From Verrucomicrobiota bacterium (GTDB lineage: Bacteria > Verrucomicrobiota > Verrucomicrobiia > Limisphaerales > SXQI01), in contig JANRLX010000074.1 of NCBI GenBank assembly GCA_033762115.1, positions 1 through 50,099 on the forward strand: DNA of 50,099 nt. Direction: 5' to 3'. The notes beneath the pieces were generated by a model that saw only the letters and a program-made list of their open reading frames with translations, made no database searches and had not been told where the DNA came from. Below are positions 37,638-46,551 of the stretch, piece after piece. A program made the position numbers and the translations under genes. The stretch's first letter is position 1, and the number at the start of each line of letters is the position of its first letter.

Positions 37638-39071
37638 ATGCCGATCGAAAAGATAATTGTCCTCGAAGACGACCTGATCGTCCGCAAAAACCTTGAGCAG
37701 TTATTGCGCAATCGTCGTTACGATGTCGCAGCTGTCCAAACGATTGAGGCCGCAAATGAACTTCTTTCAAAAGATAATTTTGACCTGATTTTTGTGGATG
37801 TTCGGCTCCCTGACGGGGAGGGGACCGATTTGTTGAAGCAGCTCCAGAGTCGTCCTCAAAAACCTTTGGTTGTCATGATGACCGGGTTCGGTTCTGTCGA
37901 ATCTGCGGTTAACTGCATGAGAGATGGGGCTTTTGATTATATTATCAAGCCGTTTTCCTCCGATCAGATAGAGTTTACCCTAAAAAAGGCGGAAGATTTT
38001 ACCCGTTTGGTCAAAGTAAACCAGTACCTCAGTCGCGAAGAGGATGAGGATACAGGATATGAATTACTTGGCCGCAGCCCAGGGATGGAGCAACTCCGGC
38101 AGTTGATCCGCAAAGTTGCTCGCACTCAGGCGACGGTGCTGATCCAGGGAGAGAGCGGAACAGGAAAAGAATTGGTTGCCCGGGCGATTTATCGGGAAAG
38201 CCCCCGGGCTGATGCAGCTTTCATCAAGGTGAATTGTGCTGCGATCCCTGAAAACCTGATCGAAAGTGAATTTTTCGGCCATGAAAAGGGGGCCTTCACC
38301 GGCGCAATTAATAAGCGGGAAGGCCGATTTGAACTGGCTCATGGTGGAACAATTCTGTTGGATGAAGTCAGTGAAGTTTCTCCCCAGGTCCAGGCAAAGT
38401 TGCTGCGTGTTTTGCAGGAACGTGAACTGGAAAGAGTGGGAGGATCAAGGACAATCAAAGTCGATGTTCGGGTGATTGCCACGACGAATCGGAACCTTGA
38501 GCAAAGTGTGGAAAAGAAAGAATTCCGCCAGGATTTATTCTTTCGGTTGAATGTAGTTCCCATCGCAGTGCCTCCTTTGAGAGATCGGTCGGAAGATATC
38601 CCCTTCCTTGCGGAACAGTTCATGCACCGCATGGCCCGTAAGCATGGCGTGCGAGTGAGTGGAATTTCCAATGCCTGCCTCACAGCATTGCGAAGCCACC
38701 AATGGCCGGGAAATGTTCGGGAACTTCAAAATGTGATCGAGCGGGCAGTAATCTTGAGTTCCCCGGGTGAAGACCTCCAGCCTCATCATTTGGGTTTTAT
38801 GGGGACTTCCTCCGCAACCCTCTCCTCCCCAACTTCAATTGGCAATCCATCGCCTTCTACATCTGTCCAACAAACTGAAGGTGACGAAGTCCTCCCTCTG
38901 GGAGAATTGGAAAAACGACAAATTTTGCTGGCGCTGGATCGATGCGGAGGGAACCGTACCCAGGCAGCTAAAAAGCTTGGCATTAGTGTCAGGACGCTTC
39001 GAAACAAGCTGCACGAGTACGGAATGGCTGGTAAAGATGATGCTGGCGTAACTGAAGAGGAAGCCGCTTAG
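37638..39071 (+). CDS. Sigma54-dependent response regulator (REC-AAA+-Fis HTH; FlgR/FleR/NtrC type)
   Basis: [47 protein letters not shown]. Confidence 0.94.
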   Translation: MPIEKIIVLEDDLIVRKNLEQLLRNRRYDVAAVQTIEAANELLSKDNFDLIFVDVRLPDGEGTDLLKQLQSRPQKPLVVMMTGFGSVESAVNCMRDGAFDYIIKPFSSDQIEFTLKKAEDFTRLVKVNQYLSREEDEDTGYELLGRSPGMEQLRQLIRKVARTQATVLIQGESGTGKELVARAIYRESPRADAAFIKVNCAAIPENLIESEFFGHEKGAFTGAINKREGRFELAHGGTILLDEVSEVSPQVQAKLLRVLQERELERVGGSRTIKVDVRVIATTNRNLEQSVEKKEFRQDLFFRLNVVPIAVPPLRDRSEDIPFLAEQFMHRMARKHGVRVSGISNACLTALRSHQWPGNVRELQNVIERAVILSSPGEDLQPHHLGFMGTSSATLSSPTSIGNPSPSTSVQQTEGDEVLPLGELEKRQILLALDRCGGNRTQAAKKLGISVRTLRNKLHEYGMAGKDDAGVTEEEAA

Positions 39072-40262
39072 TTAGCGTGCTCCATCAACGATTGAGCATG
39101 TCCACGGCTCGGTGGCCAGGCCGGTTCGTACCTGATATTCCTTTGCCAGGAATTGTTGAAAATCCCATGTCCCCTCAGCTTTAACCAGATTGATGGTCGC
39201 GCCCCCAAAACCGCCCCCGGTCAGCCGCGCTCCGTAACAGGCTGGATGCCGCCGCGCAATATCAACCAAAGCGTCCAACTCCGGAATGCTGTTTTTAAAG
39301 TAATCACGCGAACTGGCATGGCTTTGAAAGAGGTACTCCCCAAATTGGGAAACATCTCCGTCTAGCAGCGCACGTTCCCCGAAAACCACTCGTTGATTTT
39401 CACCGACGACATGGTAGGCACATTCGTAATCTCGCTGACTTAATTTTGCTTTGCTCGCTTCGAGCTGTTGCGGGTTGATTGACCGAAGCGCTTTGACTCC
39501 CAGCGTGCGTGCGGCGGATTCGCAGTGGCTCCTTAACTCGTTATACTCTCCTGCTGAAAGATCATGCTTAACGCCAGAGTTGCAGACCACCACTGCGACG
39601 CCAGGCACCATCGGGTTATGGGTCACTGTTTGATGGCGGCAATCAATCTGGATGACCTGTCCAGCCTTGCCGAATAATGAAGAAATCTGGTCCAGCAATC
39701 CAACATTTGCACCCACGAACTGGCTCTCGGCGGCTTGCCCGATTTTCGCCAGAAGAATTTTTTCAGCCGATTTCAAAGGGGGAAGTTCATTCCCTGTGCG
39801 TGCAGGAGGCAGTGCAGTGCCAAATTCAGTCAGGGTAAATGGAAATAGTTCACGGATAGTCAGGGCAGTGGCCATTTCCAGGGCAGCGGAACTACTTAAT
39901 CCTGCCCCGAGAGGAATGGTTCCATGAATTGCCGCATTGAAACCACTGAAACGAACCCCTCGTTGCCGAAGTTGCAGCAAAACTCCTTTTACATAATTGG
40001 CCCATGGCGTTCTGGGATTTTTTTCGATCTTATCGATGTAAAAAGTGTCACGTTCAGCAAATGCGCTTGAGGTCAGTTCGATCTGGCCATCATTTCGAGG
40101 CGAGGAGGCCATATAAATGTATTTATCAATTGCCAGGGACATGACCAGCCCCTCGTTATAATCAGTATGGTTTCCCAGCAATTCCAATCGTCCGGGCGCC
40201 TGAACGATTCGAAGAGGTATTGTCCCGAACTGTTTTTGAAAGAACGATCTTACATCATTCAT
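39072..40262 (-). CDS. galK: Galactokinase
   Basis: APGRLELLGNHTDYNEG, PLGAGLSSSAA, GLLDQ, GARLTGGGFGG. Confidence 0.93.
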   Translation of the reverse strand: MNDVRSFFQKQFGTIPLRIVQAPGRLELLGNHTDYNEGLVMSLAIDKYIYMASSPRNDGQIELTSSAFAERDTFYIDKIEKNPRTPWANYVKGVLLQLRQRGVRFSGFNAAIHGTIPLGAGLSSSAALEMATALTIRELFPFTLTEFGTALPPARTGNELPPLKSAEKILLAKIGQAAESQFVGANVGLLDQISSLFGKAGQVIQIDCRHQTVTHNPMVPGVAVVVCNSGVKHDLSAGEYNELRSHCESAARTLGVKALRSINPQQLEASKAKLSQRDYECAYHVVGENQRVVFGERALLDGDVSQFGEYLFQSHASSRDYFKNSIPELDALVDIARRHPACYGARLTGGGFGGATINLVKAEGTWDFQQFLAKEYQVRTGLATEPWTCSIVDGAR

Positions 40263-40557
40263 GCTCCCTTTTCAGTTGTTCAAACTGTTTCTCCATTTCC
40301 GACGCCAATTGAAAATCCTTGCTGGTCAACCCTCCTGCGTCATGGGTTGTCAGACGCATTTCGACTTTATTCCACTGGATCAAAATATCCGGGTGGTGCT
40401 GGGCCTTTTCGGCCAGGTTTGCAACGAAGTTCACGAACTGAATGGACTCAACGAAGTTCTTGAATTGAAAAGTACGTTGGATGACATTCCCATTCTTCCG
40501 CCATTCAGGTATTCCCCCCAATTCCTTCTCTATTTCTGCGGCCCCGAGTACTCCCAT
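40255..40557 (-). CDS. Pterin-4-alpha-carbinolamine dehydratase
   Basis: FKNF..AEKAQHHPDI..LTTHDAGGLTSKD. Confidence 0.93.
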   Translation of the reverse strand: MGVLGAAEIEKELGGIPEWRKNGNVIQRTFQFKNFVESIQFVNFVANLAEKAQHHPDILIQWNKVEMRLTTHDAGGLTSKDFQLASEMEKQFEQLKREHE

Positions 40558-40581
40558 GGCATTACTATTGCCACAAGATGT

Positions 40582-40920
40582 TCATTTCGTCATCCGGGAC
40601 GGATCTCTTTTTGCCTTCCGCCAAATTCTAATCAGGGAACCACAGCATGATATTCCCCATCCCACCACGAAAATTCCCAATCCAATCAGGGCCGGGCGGT
40701 ACTCTTCAAAGGATTGAGGCGCACTCCGAAGCTCAATTATGCTTTTAAAGAGGGGGACCAATGCCACCAAAGTCCACACACCACCAATTACACTCAGACT
40801 TATCTCAACCCAGCCAAACCAAATGCCTTCCAGCAGGGTGCCCAATCCTGGCAAAACCGCGCCATTCAGGAGGAGCGATTCCACTGGTGTGGGAGTGCGG
40901 GAAAGCTTCAACCATTTCAT
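40582..40920 (-). CDS. Hypothetical membrane protein
   Basis: MKWLKL..LPGLGTLL, hydrophobic segments; start overlaps the stop of the upstream gene. Confidence 0.7.
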   Translation of the reverse strand: MKWLKLSRTPTPVESLLLNGAVLPGLGTLLEGIWFGWVEISLSVIGGVWTLVALVPLFKSIIELRSAPQSFEEYRPALIGLGIFVVGWGISCCGSLIRIWRKAKRDPSRMTK

Positions 40921-41333
40921 ATCGGGGCCAGGCTGGTAAATGGCTTGAAGGGAAGGTTTCGCATGATCGTAAAAAGGAGAATTACTCCCAAAAAAGCGAA
41001 TACCCAAAATGGTGGAATGTCAGATAGACGCCACGAATCTCCAGTGACTTTTGCTTTGGTTTCCTTCCACAAAGCCCACCCCAAAAATGGAGCCGAGAAA
41101 AACAGTATCGGATTCAGCTGGAACGCTCGCAGGAAGTTCCCATGCAGCAGCTCATGACAAGCACGCAGCATTCCGCAACCAGGACAATGCAAACCGGTCA
41201 ATCGATGGACCATGCATTGGGGGTAAAATCGGTTTCCAGAAGGATCATACAGGTAGAGAACTGAAATGGCGCAGATGAGAAGAAAAAATCCTGCTGCTGC
41301 CATTGTCCAGATGAGCCACGGTGATTTTCTCAA
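40917..41333 (-). CDS. DUF2752-family membrane protein
   Basis: C..HRLTGLHCPGCGMLRA..LLHG..A..LNP..RNLP; start uncertain (41303-41333). Confidence 0.88.
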   Translation of the reverse strand: MRKSPWLIWTMAAAGFFLLICAISVLYLYDPSGNRFYPQCMVHRLTGLHCPGCGMLRACHELLHGNFLRAFQLNPILFFSAPFLGWALWKETKAKVTGDSWRLSDIPPFWVFAFLGVILLFTIMRNLPFKPFTSLAPI

Positions 41334-41349
41334 AAAATGAATGACAGTG

Positions 41350-41847
41350 TCAGGGCTTGGGGAATCCGCCGCCCTGCATAATTTGCATGACCGTGTAGGC
41401 AATATACGCGCCATTGGTTAATATACCAAGTATGGCTCCGAGAATGACCCACTTTTTTGCCTGGCGGGATGCCTCCTCTGCCCCGGCATAATCTCCTTGC
41501 GCCGCTTTGACATTGACTTGTGCAGAGTAAATCAAGGCAGGCGCACCCAAAGGAGGGCAGCAGCAAATATTCACAATGACTGCTGTGACCATGTAATTGG
41601 AAACTTTTGAAAATTGCTGGGAAGTTGAGGATGGGATGGTCCCCTGGGCCGGTGCATTGGCCTGGGCGGGTGGCAAGGTTGAAAGAATCGGGGCAAATTC
41701 CGGAATACTTGAAAGCGTTTGCCAGGGACCATTCTCGTAACTGACCATCGTTCGACCATTGGCGCGACCCTGAGTAATCCACTCCCGAACTCCATCGGCA
41801 GTAACGGGCCCGTACTCCTTGCCATCGGCTCCCACGATTCTGTACAT
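41350..41847 (-). CDS. GYF_2/DUF4339 plus CD225/dispanin membrane protein
   Basis: YRIVGADGKEYGPV..WITQGR; CCCPPLG..ALIYSAQV..GDYAGAEEASRQAKKW. Confidence 0.88.
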   Translation of the reverse strand: MYRIVGADGKEYGPVTADGVREWITQGRANGRTMVSYENGPWQTLSSIPEFAPILSTLPPAQANAPAQGTIPSSTSQQFSKVSNYMVTAVIVNICCCPPLGAPALIYSAQVNVKAAQGDYAGAEEASRQAKKWVILGAILGILTNGAYIAYTVMQIMQGGGFPKP

Positions 41848-41942
41848 GAACCTCGTTTACTCTCCCATGGAATTAAAAGCAAGCCTGCTGGCCGCGTGGA
41901 TTCATCTTTTCAAAACACTGTAATCTCAAATAGGGTTTTTCC

Positions 41943-42548
41943 GTGGGCATTACTCCTCAGCAATTTGAGCAAATGAAACAGCGGGTATCCGGCAAACGCT
42001 CCGCTGCTCCTCTGAATGCACAAACGGTGATCGGCACGGTGAACGCCCATACAATCATCATGGGCGTTGATCCATCACTTCGAGGGACCGGTTACGGGAT
42101 CATTCACGTCGCCAAACCGCATGCCACAGCTGTCACACATGGCACCATTACCTGTTCCCCGGCATGGGAGCGTTCCCGGTGTCTCGGGAAAATTCATGAA
42201 ACCATACGTGACCTCATAGCCAGGCATCACCCAACAGTGTGTGTCATGGAAGGTCTGTTCTTTGCGCAAAATCTCCAAACCGCCCTGATTATGGGAGAAT
42301 CCCGCGGGGCGAGCATGGCCGCTGTGGCGCAGGCAGGACTGGAAATTTATGAAATTGCCCCGCGAAAGATGAAACAGGGAGTGGTTGGATATGGCGCTGC
42401 CCAGAAATCCGCCGTGGCTAAAATGGTCCAACGCATGCTCCGACTGGTGGAATTACCCGCTCACGATGCCGCTGATGCTCTCGCTCTGGCCCTGACCTAT
42501 GCACAGGAAACCAGTCGCTATACCTTTGCCGGGCCGAAGAAAGTCTGA
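41943..42548 (+). CDS. ruvC: Holliday junction resolvase RuvC
   Basis: IMGVDPSLRGTGYG, VMEGLFF, GESRG, GYGAAQK, DAADALALA. Confidence 0.93.
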   Translation: MGITPQQFEQMKQRVSGKRSAAPLNAQTVIGTVNAHTIIMGVDPSLRGTGYGIIHVAKPHATAVTHGTITCSPAWERSRCLGKIHETIRDLIARHHPTVCVMEGLFFAQNLQTALIMGESRGASMAAVAQAGLEIYEIAPRKMKQGVVGYGAAQKSAVAKMVQRMLRLVELPAHDAADALALALTYAQETSRYTFAGPKKV

Positions 42549-42584
42549 ACTGCCATTAGGAATACCACCTGTTGATCCAAGTAA

Positions 42585-42661
42585 TGGTCGGGGCGGTGAG
42601 ATTTGAACTCACGACCTTCTGAACCCCATTCAGACGCGCTACCAAGCTACGCTACGCCCCG
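42585..42661 (-). tRNA. tRNA-Pro(GGG)
   Basis: Reverse complement CGGGGCGTAGCGTAGCTTGGTAGCGCG-TCTGA-ATGGGGT-TCAGA-AGGTCGTGAGTTCAAATCTCACCGCCCCGACCA; 77 nt with encoded CCA. Confidence 0.96.
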
Positions 42662-42712
42662 ACCGGAGGGCCAAAACTTGCATCGCACGCGACAGAATTG
42701 CAACGAAACTTT

Positions 42713-43519
42713 TCACGTTGCGGAGGCGACCCGTTCCAGGCAACCGCAACGTTCCAAAACGTACTCCAGTCCACGAGCGACCCCTGAACCGAACAGTTGA
42801 TGGCTGACATATCCCCCTTGTGACTTGACGCTTTCCTTAACAAAAGAAATCGCATTTCCGGGAGAGATCAGCCATTCCGCCACGTTTTTATCCAACATCG
42901 GGATGTCGTTAAAATGATCGCCGGCGACGATGATTTCCTTAGGCTTGATGCCGAGCCTGCGAGCGACCTCGGTCAAGGCCGTTCCCTTATTATAAGCAAC
43001 ATGGCTGAACCGGGCGTAGATATCATTTCGCATTACGGATAAATCGCCGATTCGGGAGCAATATTCGGCGAGGTATTGATGAATGGCCTCGGCATCCTCG
43101 GTGTTTCTTGCGATCAAACAAAAAGGGGAATAGGTATCTTCGTAGATGGTCGCTTCGTAATTGGACCTGACCCATTCAAGAAGCTTCGGCATATCGCTTC
43201 GGATGCGGGCGAAAAGCAATTTGTGGGCTTGAGTGCAGGCATCATTCCATTCCTGCAGCCCCACGTATTCGGATTGGTTTAGTTGATAAATTTCCCGCTC
43301 AACAACAATAACGTAGTCCGGTCGGATTTTGACCTGAGAACGTGCCAGGGTTTCAAGCAGGCTTGATAAATCCCTCCCCGTGTTGATGACCCATTTCACT
43401 CCATGTCTTTGAAGGGCACCGATGATTCGCTCAAGGTCCGCAGGGATTGGAGGCACTTCGTATTCCGTATGCAATGTTCCATCGAAATCCGTTGAAAGAA
43501 GTTTTACTGGCAATGACAT
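42713..43519 (-). CDS. HAD-superfamily subfamily IIB hydrolase
   Basis: STDFDGTL, INTGR, NKG, GDHFND; likely start at 43519. Confidence 0.9.
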   Translation of the reverse strand: MSLPVKLLSTDFDGTLHTEYEVPPIPADLERIIGALQRHGVKWVINTGRDLSSLLETLARSQVKIRPDYVIVVEREIYQLNQSEYVGLQEWNDACTQAHKLLFARIRSDMPKLLEWVRSNYEATIYEDTYSPFCLIARNTEDAEAIHQYLAEYCSRIGDLSVMRNDIYARFSHVAYNKGTALTEVARRLGIKPKEIIVAGDHFNDIPMLDKNVAEWLISPGNAISFVKESVKSQGGYVSHQLFGSGVARGLEYVLERCGCLERVASAT

Positions 43520-43592
43520 GCTTTGTGAGCTGTGGCAAGGTTCCCTTGCGCGGCGAGTACATTCGTGCGATACCGGCAAAAGTCAAAACTTT

Positions 43593-44063
43593 ATGACATT
43601 GCAGGATCAATATGATGATGGGATGTTCGATTTTTCACAGGGAGAGTACGATTCCGCCATTGTGAAATTTCAAACGATCCTCCAGGAAGATCCAAAACAT
43701 TTTGAAGCGCAGTTGGCCCTGGGCATGGCGTATTACAGAAAAGGAGATTTTGCCCGCGCAATTGAGGAAGGACACAAGGCTGAAAAACTCAAGCCATTGG
43801 AACAATTGGTCCACACGAATTTGTCCTTATTTTACATGAAAAATGGGGATAAAAAAACTGCTGAGCACCACGGGCTTCAGGCTCGGATCGCCTCATGGCG
43901 AGCTCCCGTGGATACTCAGACCCCAGCCCAGCCTTCCGATCCCGAGTTGGAAATGGCAAAGCCAAAACTGCCCCCTGCGAAATTGGAACCGCGCAAAATG
44001 CCGGACCAGCCCTGGAAAAAGAACCCTCGCGTAGGGGGGGGACCTTCCGGCGAGAACAAATGA
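43593..44063 (+). CDS. TPR protein with Pro/Lys-rich tail
   Basis: GEYDSAIVKF..EAQLALGMAYYRKGDFARAI; ATG at 43593. Confidence 0.85.
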   Translation: MTLQDQYDDGMFDFSQGEYDSAIVKFQTILQEDPKHFEAQLALGMAYYRKGDFARAIEEGHKAEKLKPLEQLVHTNLSLFYMKNGDKKTAEHHGLQARIASWRAPVDTQTPAQPSDPELEMAKPKLPPAKLEPRKMPDQPWKKNPRVGGGPSGENK

Positions 44064-44374
44064 TAGTGCAATTTCATCGCGCGATAAAACTAGCCGATTT
44101 ACCGGAAGGTCCCGGAACTTTGATCGAACTTGCCGGACGCCAGATGGCAATGTTTAGACGGGGCAGGAACGTTTATGCTTTGGACGCGATTTGTCCACAT
44201 AAGCAAGGACCGCTTTATGCAGGGTTTTGTGATGAGAACCATGCTTATTGTCCAATGCATGGCTGGGCGTTCGATCTTGTTTCCGGGGAATGTAAAGAAC
44301 GTGCGGAAAAATCGATCCATTCCTATGAAATCCGGATTGATCATGATTGGGTGGAAGTGGGAATCAAGATTTGA
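44060..44374 (+). CDS. Rieske [2Fe-2S] ferredoxin (NirD/dioxygenase-ferredoxin-like)
   Basis: CPHKQGPL..CPMHGWAFDL; ATGA overlap with the upstream gene. Confidence 0.92.
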   Translation: MIVQFHRAIKLADLPEGPGTLIELAGRQMAMFRRGRNVYALDAICPHKQGPLYAGFCDENHAYCPMHGWAFDLVSGECKERAEKSIHSYEIRIDHDWVEVGIKI

Positions 44375-44377
44375 ACA

Positions 44378-46081
44378 TTAGGAATCACTCATGCGATTCA
44401 ATAATCCCGAAGCAATCTCGCAGTATTCCTGATAAGCCTTGTTCTGACGTGCCTTTTCAGAAAGCTGGGTAGTCCCATCATGGGTGAACTTTGTTTGACC
44501 AATTCGAAAGGCAGTATACGAGAGCAAATAAAATACAAGTTCCGGAGTCGTGACCTCCTGGATTTTTGACTGTTTTAGTAACGCAGCTTCCAAGGGCAAT
44601 TTCATCTTCCATTCAATGATCAGCCCCGCGACATCCCAAAGAATCGACTGTGGGCCGATAGAAGAATGATCCTGCACATGAGTTCGTTCATTCACTTTTA
44701 TCAAGACGCCACTTTTCAACACTCGCCATTCCCAGGGAGCCATTCTTCCATCTACATAACTATTTCTTGAGGGAAAAACATTTAAAGAGGTAAACCAATC
44801 TTTGCATTTATCGGCAGCCTGGGCCCCCAAACTTTCCCATAAATTCCAGTAAAGCATCTCCTGAAGGCGAATGATCGCCTGTTCGCGATCCTCAGAAGGA
44901 AGTTTTGGGCCTGTCCTGGCCATCAAATGAGCCGATAAAGTAGATAAATAATTCTCCGCCTCGGAATGTTTTGGAACTCTGGATTCCTTGATCCAAGTGG
45001 AAGCCTGAAATCCGAGGCATTCCATCACTCCCGCCGCTTCATTTTTTACTTCGTCCAAATTAAAAGCGAAACCTGTAAACTTCCAAATGAGGTGCTCCGT
45101 TGAGCCAATCAAATATTTTGTGCGCTCAAAAGGGAGGGGCACAGCAGGCCATTCCTGCTCGGATGGATACACTTCATATCGCCATTCTCCATTGCTCACA
45201 TCTTTCACCACAGGTTCCGATGTCAAAAGATTCGCTTTGGTCAGGTCTTGAAGATGCTCCGTCAGGTGGCGACCTTTCCATTTCACATCTTCCAAAGGAG
45301 TGAAAAATCTCTCAATTTTCCGCCACCAGGAGAGGGTTTCTTCCGTAGCTGCTGAACCTGGAGAATTTCCATGGCTGGGAAAAAAGAATATCTGATGATT
45401 TGAAAATCCTGCATTTACAAGCGCTGCCGCCGCTGCTGCCATCGAGGAACCGGATGCTCCCGGACCTTCGTCCAAAATCAGGGCAAAACTCTCGCGATTT
45501 AAAGGAGATGGTAAAGTGACCTCTCTTGAATAGGGATGTCCGAAAGGTCTAAGTGTCAGACGAGTTACTTCCCAGCCCTTCATTCGCAGGAAAGATGCAG
45601 CGATTGCAGATAACGTCGTGCCTATGCTTCGTAAGCCGATCACCGTTACGGGGCGACGTGTTCGATTTGTGACCCATTTCTGCAGCGAAATCATGTATTG
45701 TTCTGGGTAGAGCGTGTAGAAGGCGAAGCCTTCCGGTATTTTCATTTTTACCCTCCGATTCTCTGAAGGGATTTGTTGCAAATTCTTAGAGAGAGAAGTC
45801 GCTGCTTCAGTAAATGCACATAATTCGGCTCCGGGATTGGCATATGCCTGGATAAACTGTACCGCGAATTGGAGAAGCCACTGCTCAATTTCCGCGATCA
45901 ATTCTTCAGAAAAAGCTCCATTGTCCAATAGAGCTTGTTCAATCTGCCCGGCGGCAATCACTCTTTTTCTGGCCAAATCCAGGTTTCTGAATTCACCTGC
46001 TGATCTCGGTTTCATTGCGATCAGTTTCTGGACTGCTTCAAGCAGGTCGATGTTGCAGGCGGGGTCTCCGTAAATGATCAT
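44378..46081 (-). CDS. Uncharacterised 567-aa protein with PRTase-like and kinase-like segments
   Basis: PEGFAFYTLYPE, VIGLRSIGT, LILDEGPGASGSS, DGRMAPWEW, WDVAG; strong SD ggaggag. Confidence 0.7.
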   Translation of the reverse strand: MIIYGDPACNIDLLEAVQKLIAMKPRSAGEFRNLDLARKRVIAAGQIEQALLDNGAFSEELIAEIEQWLLQFAVQFIQAYANPGAELCAFTEAATSLSKNLQQIPSENRRVKMKIPEGFAFYTLYPEQYMISLQKWVTNRTRRPVTVIGLRSIGTTLSAIAASFLRMKGWEVTRLTLRPFGHPYSREVTLPSPLNRESFALILDEGPGASGSSMAAAAAALVNAGFSNHQIFFFPSHGNSPGSAATEETLSWWRKIERFFTPLEDVKWKGRHLTEHLQDLTKANLLTSEPVVKDVSNGEWRYEVYPSEQEWPAVPLPFERTKYLIGSTEHLIWKFTGFAFNLDEVKNEAAGVMECLGFQASTWIKESRVPKHSEAENYLSTLSAHLMARTGPKLPSEDREQAIIRLQEMLYWNLWESLGAQAADKCKDWFTSLNVFPSRNSYVDGRMAPWEWRVLKSGVLIKVNERTHVQDHSSIGPQSILWDVAGLIIEWKMKLPLEAALLKQSKIQEVTTPELVFYLLSYTAFRIGQTKFTHDGTTQLSEKARQNKAYQEYCEIASGLLNRMSDS

Positions 46082-46178
46082 GCTCCTCCCATCTTGAAGT
46101 AGCCTGCATCGGTTGCAAAAGCCAGCTTCGCGAGTAGCTTAAGGTTGCAATTCTATTGACACAAGGAGGGAGAGTTTT

Positions 46179-46529
46179 ATGAGAAGGACTCAGAAGAAAT
46201 CAGGCGCATCGGCTGCTCCCCGCAGCAAGCGTTTGCGGGAAAATTCCGATCAATCCGCAGCAAAGAACACCACCAGACTAGAGGAAATTCAGCAATGGGC
46301 TGAAGCTCGAGGGGGGTGTCCGTCCACCGTAAAAGGCACTGGAGATAAGGAGGAACCGGGATTGTTACGGATCGATTTTCCAGGTTATTCGGGGAAGAAA
46401 TCTCTTATTCATATTTCATGGGAGGAGTGGTACGAGAAGTTCAGGGAAAATGACCTTTCCTTTCTCTACCAGGAAAAAACCAAGACAGGTCGTCCAAGTC
46501 GTTTTTTTAAGCTGATCTCGAAAAAATAG
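46179..46529 (+). CDS. Conserved-looking hypothetical protein
   Basis: TT..EIQQWAEARGG.P..LLRIDFPG..ISWEEWYEKF..FLYQ; strong SD aggaggg. Confidence 0.8.
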   Translation: MRRTQKKSGASAAPRSKRLRENSDQSAAKNTTRLEEIQQWAEARGGCPSTVKGTGDKEEPGLLRIDFPGYSGKKSLIHISWEEWYEKFRENDLSFLYQEKTKTGRPSRFFKLISKK

Positions 46530-46551
46530 TCTTAGGGAATGATCGAATAGA

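Noticed and set aside
42549..42661. tRNA-Pro as an integration site
   Set aside because: No integrase and no duplicated tRNA 3' end seen; the 3' flank is ruvC
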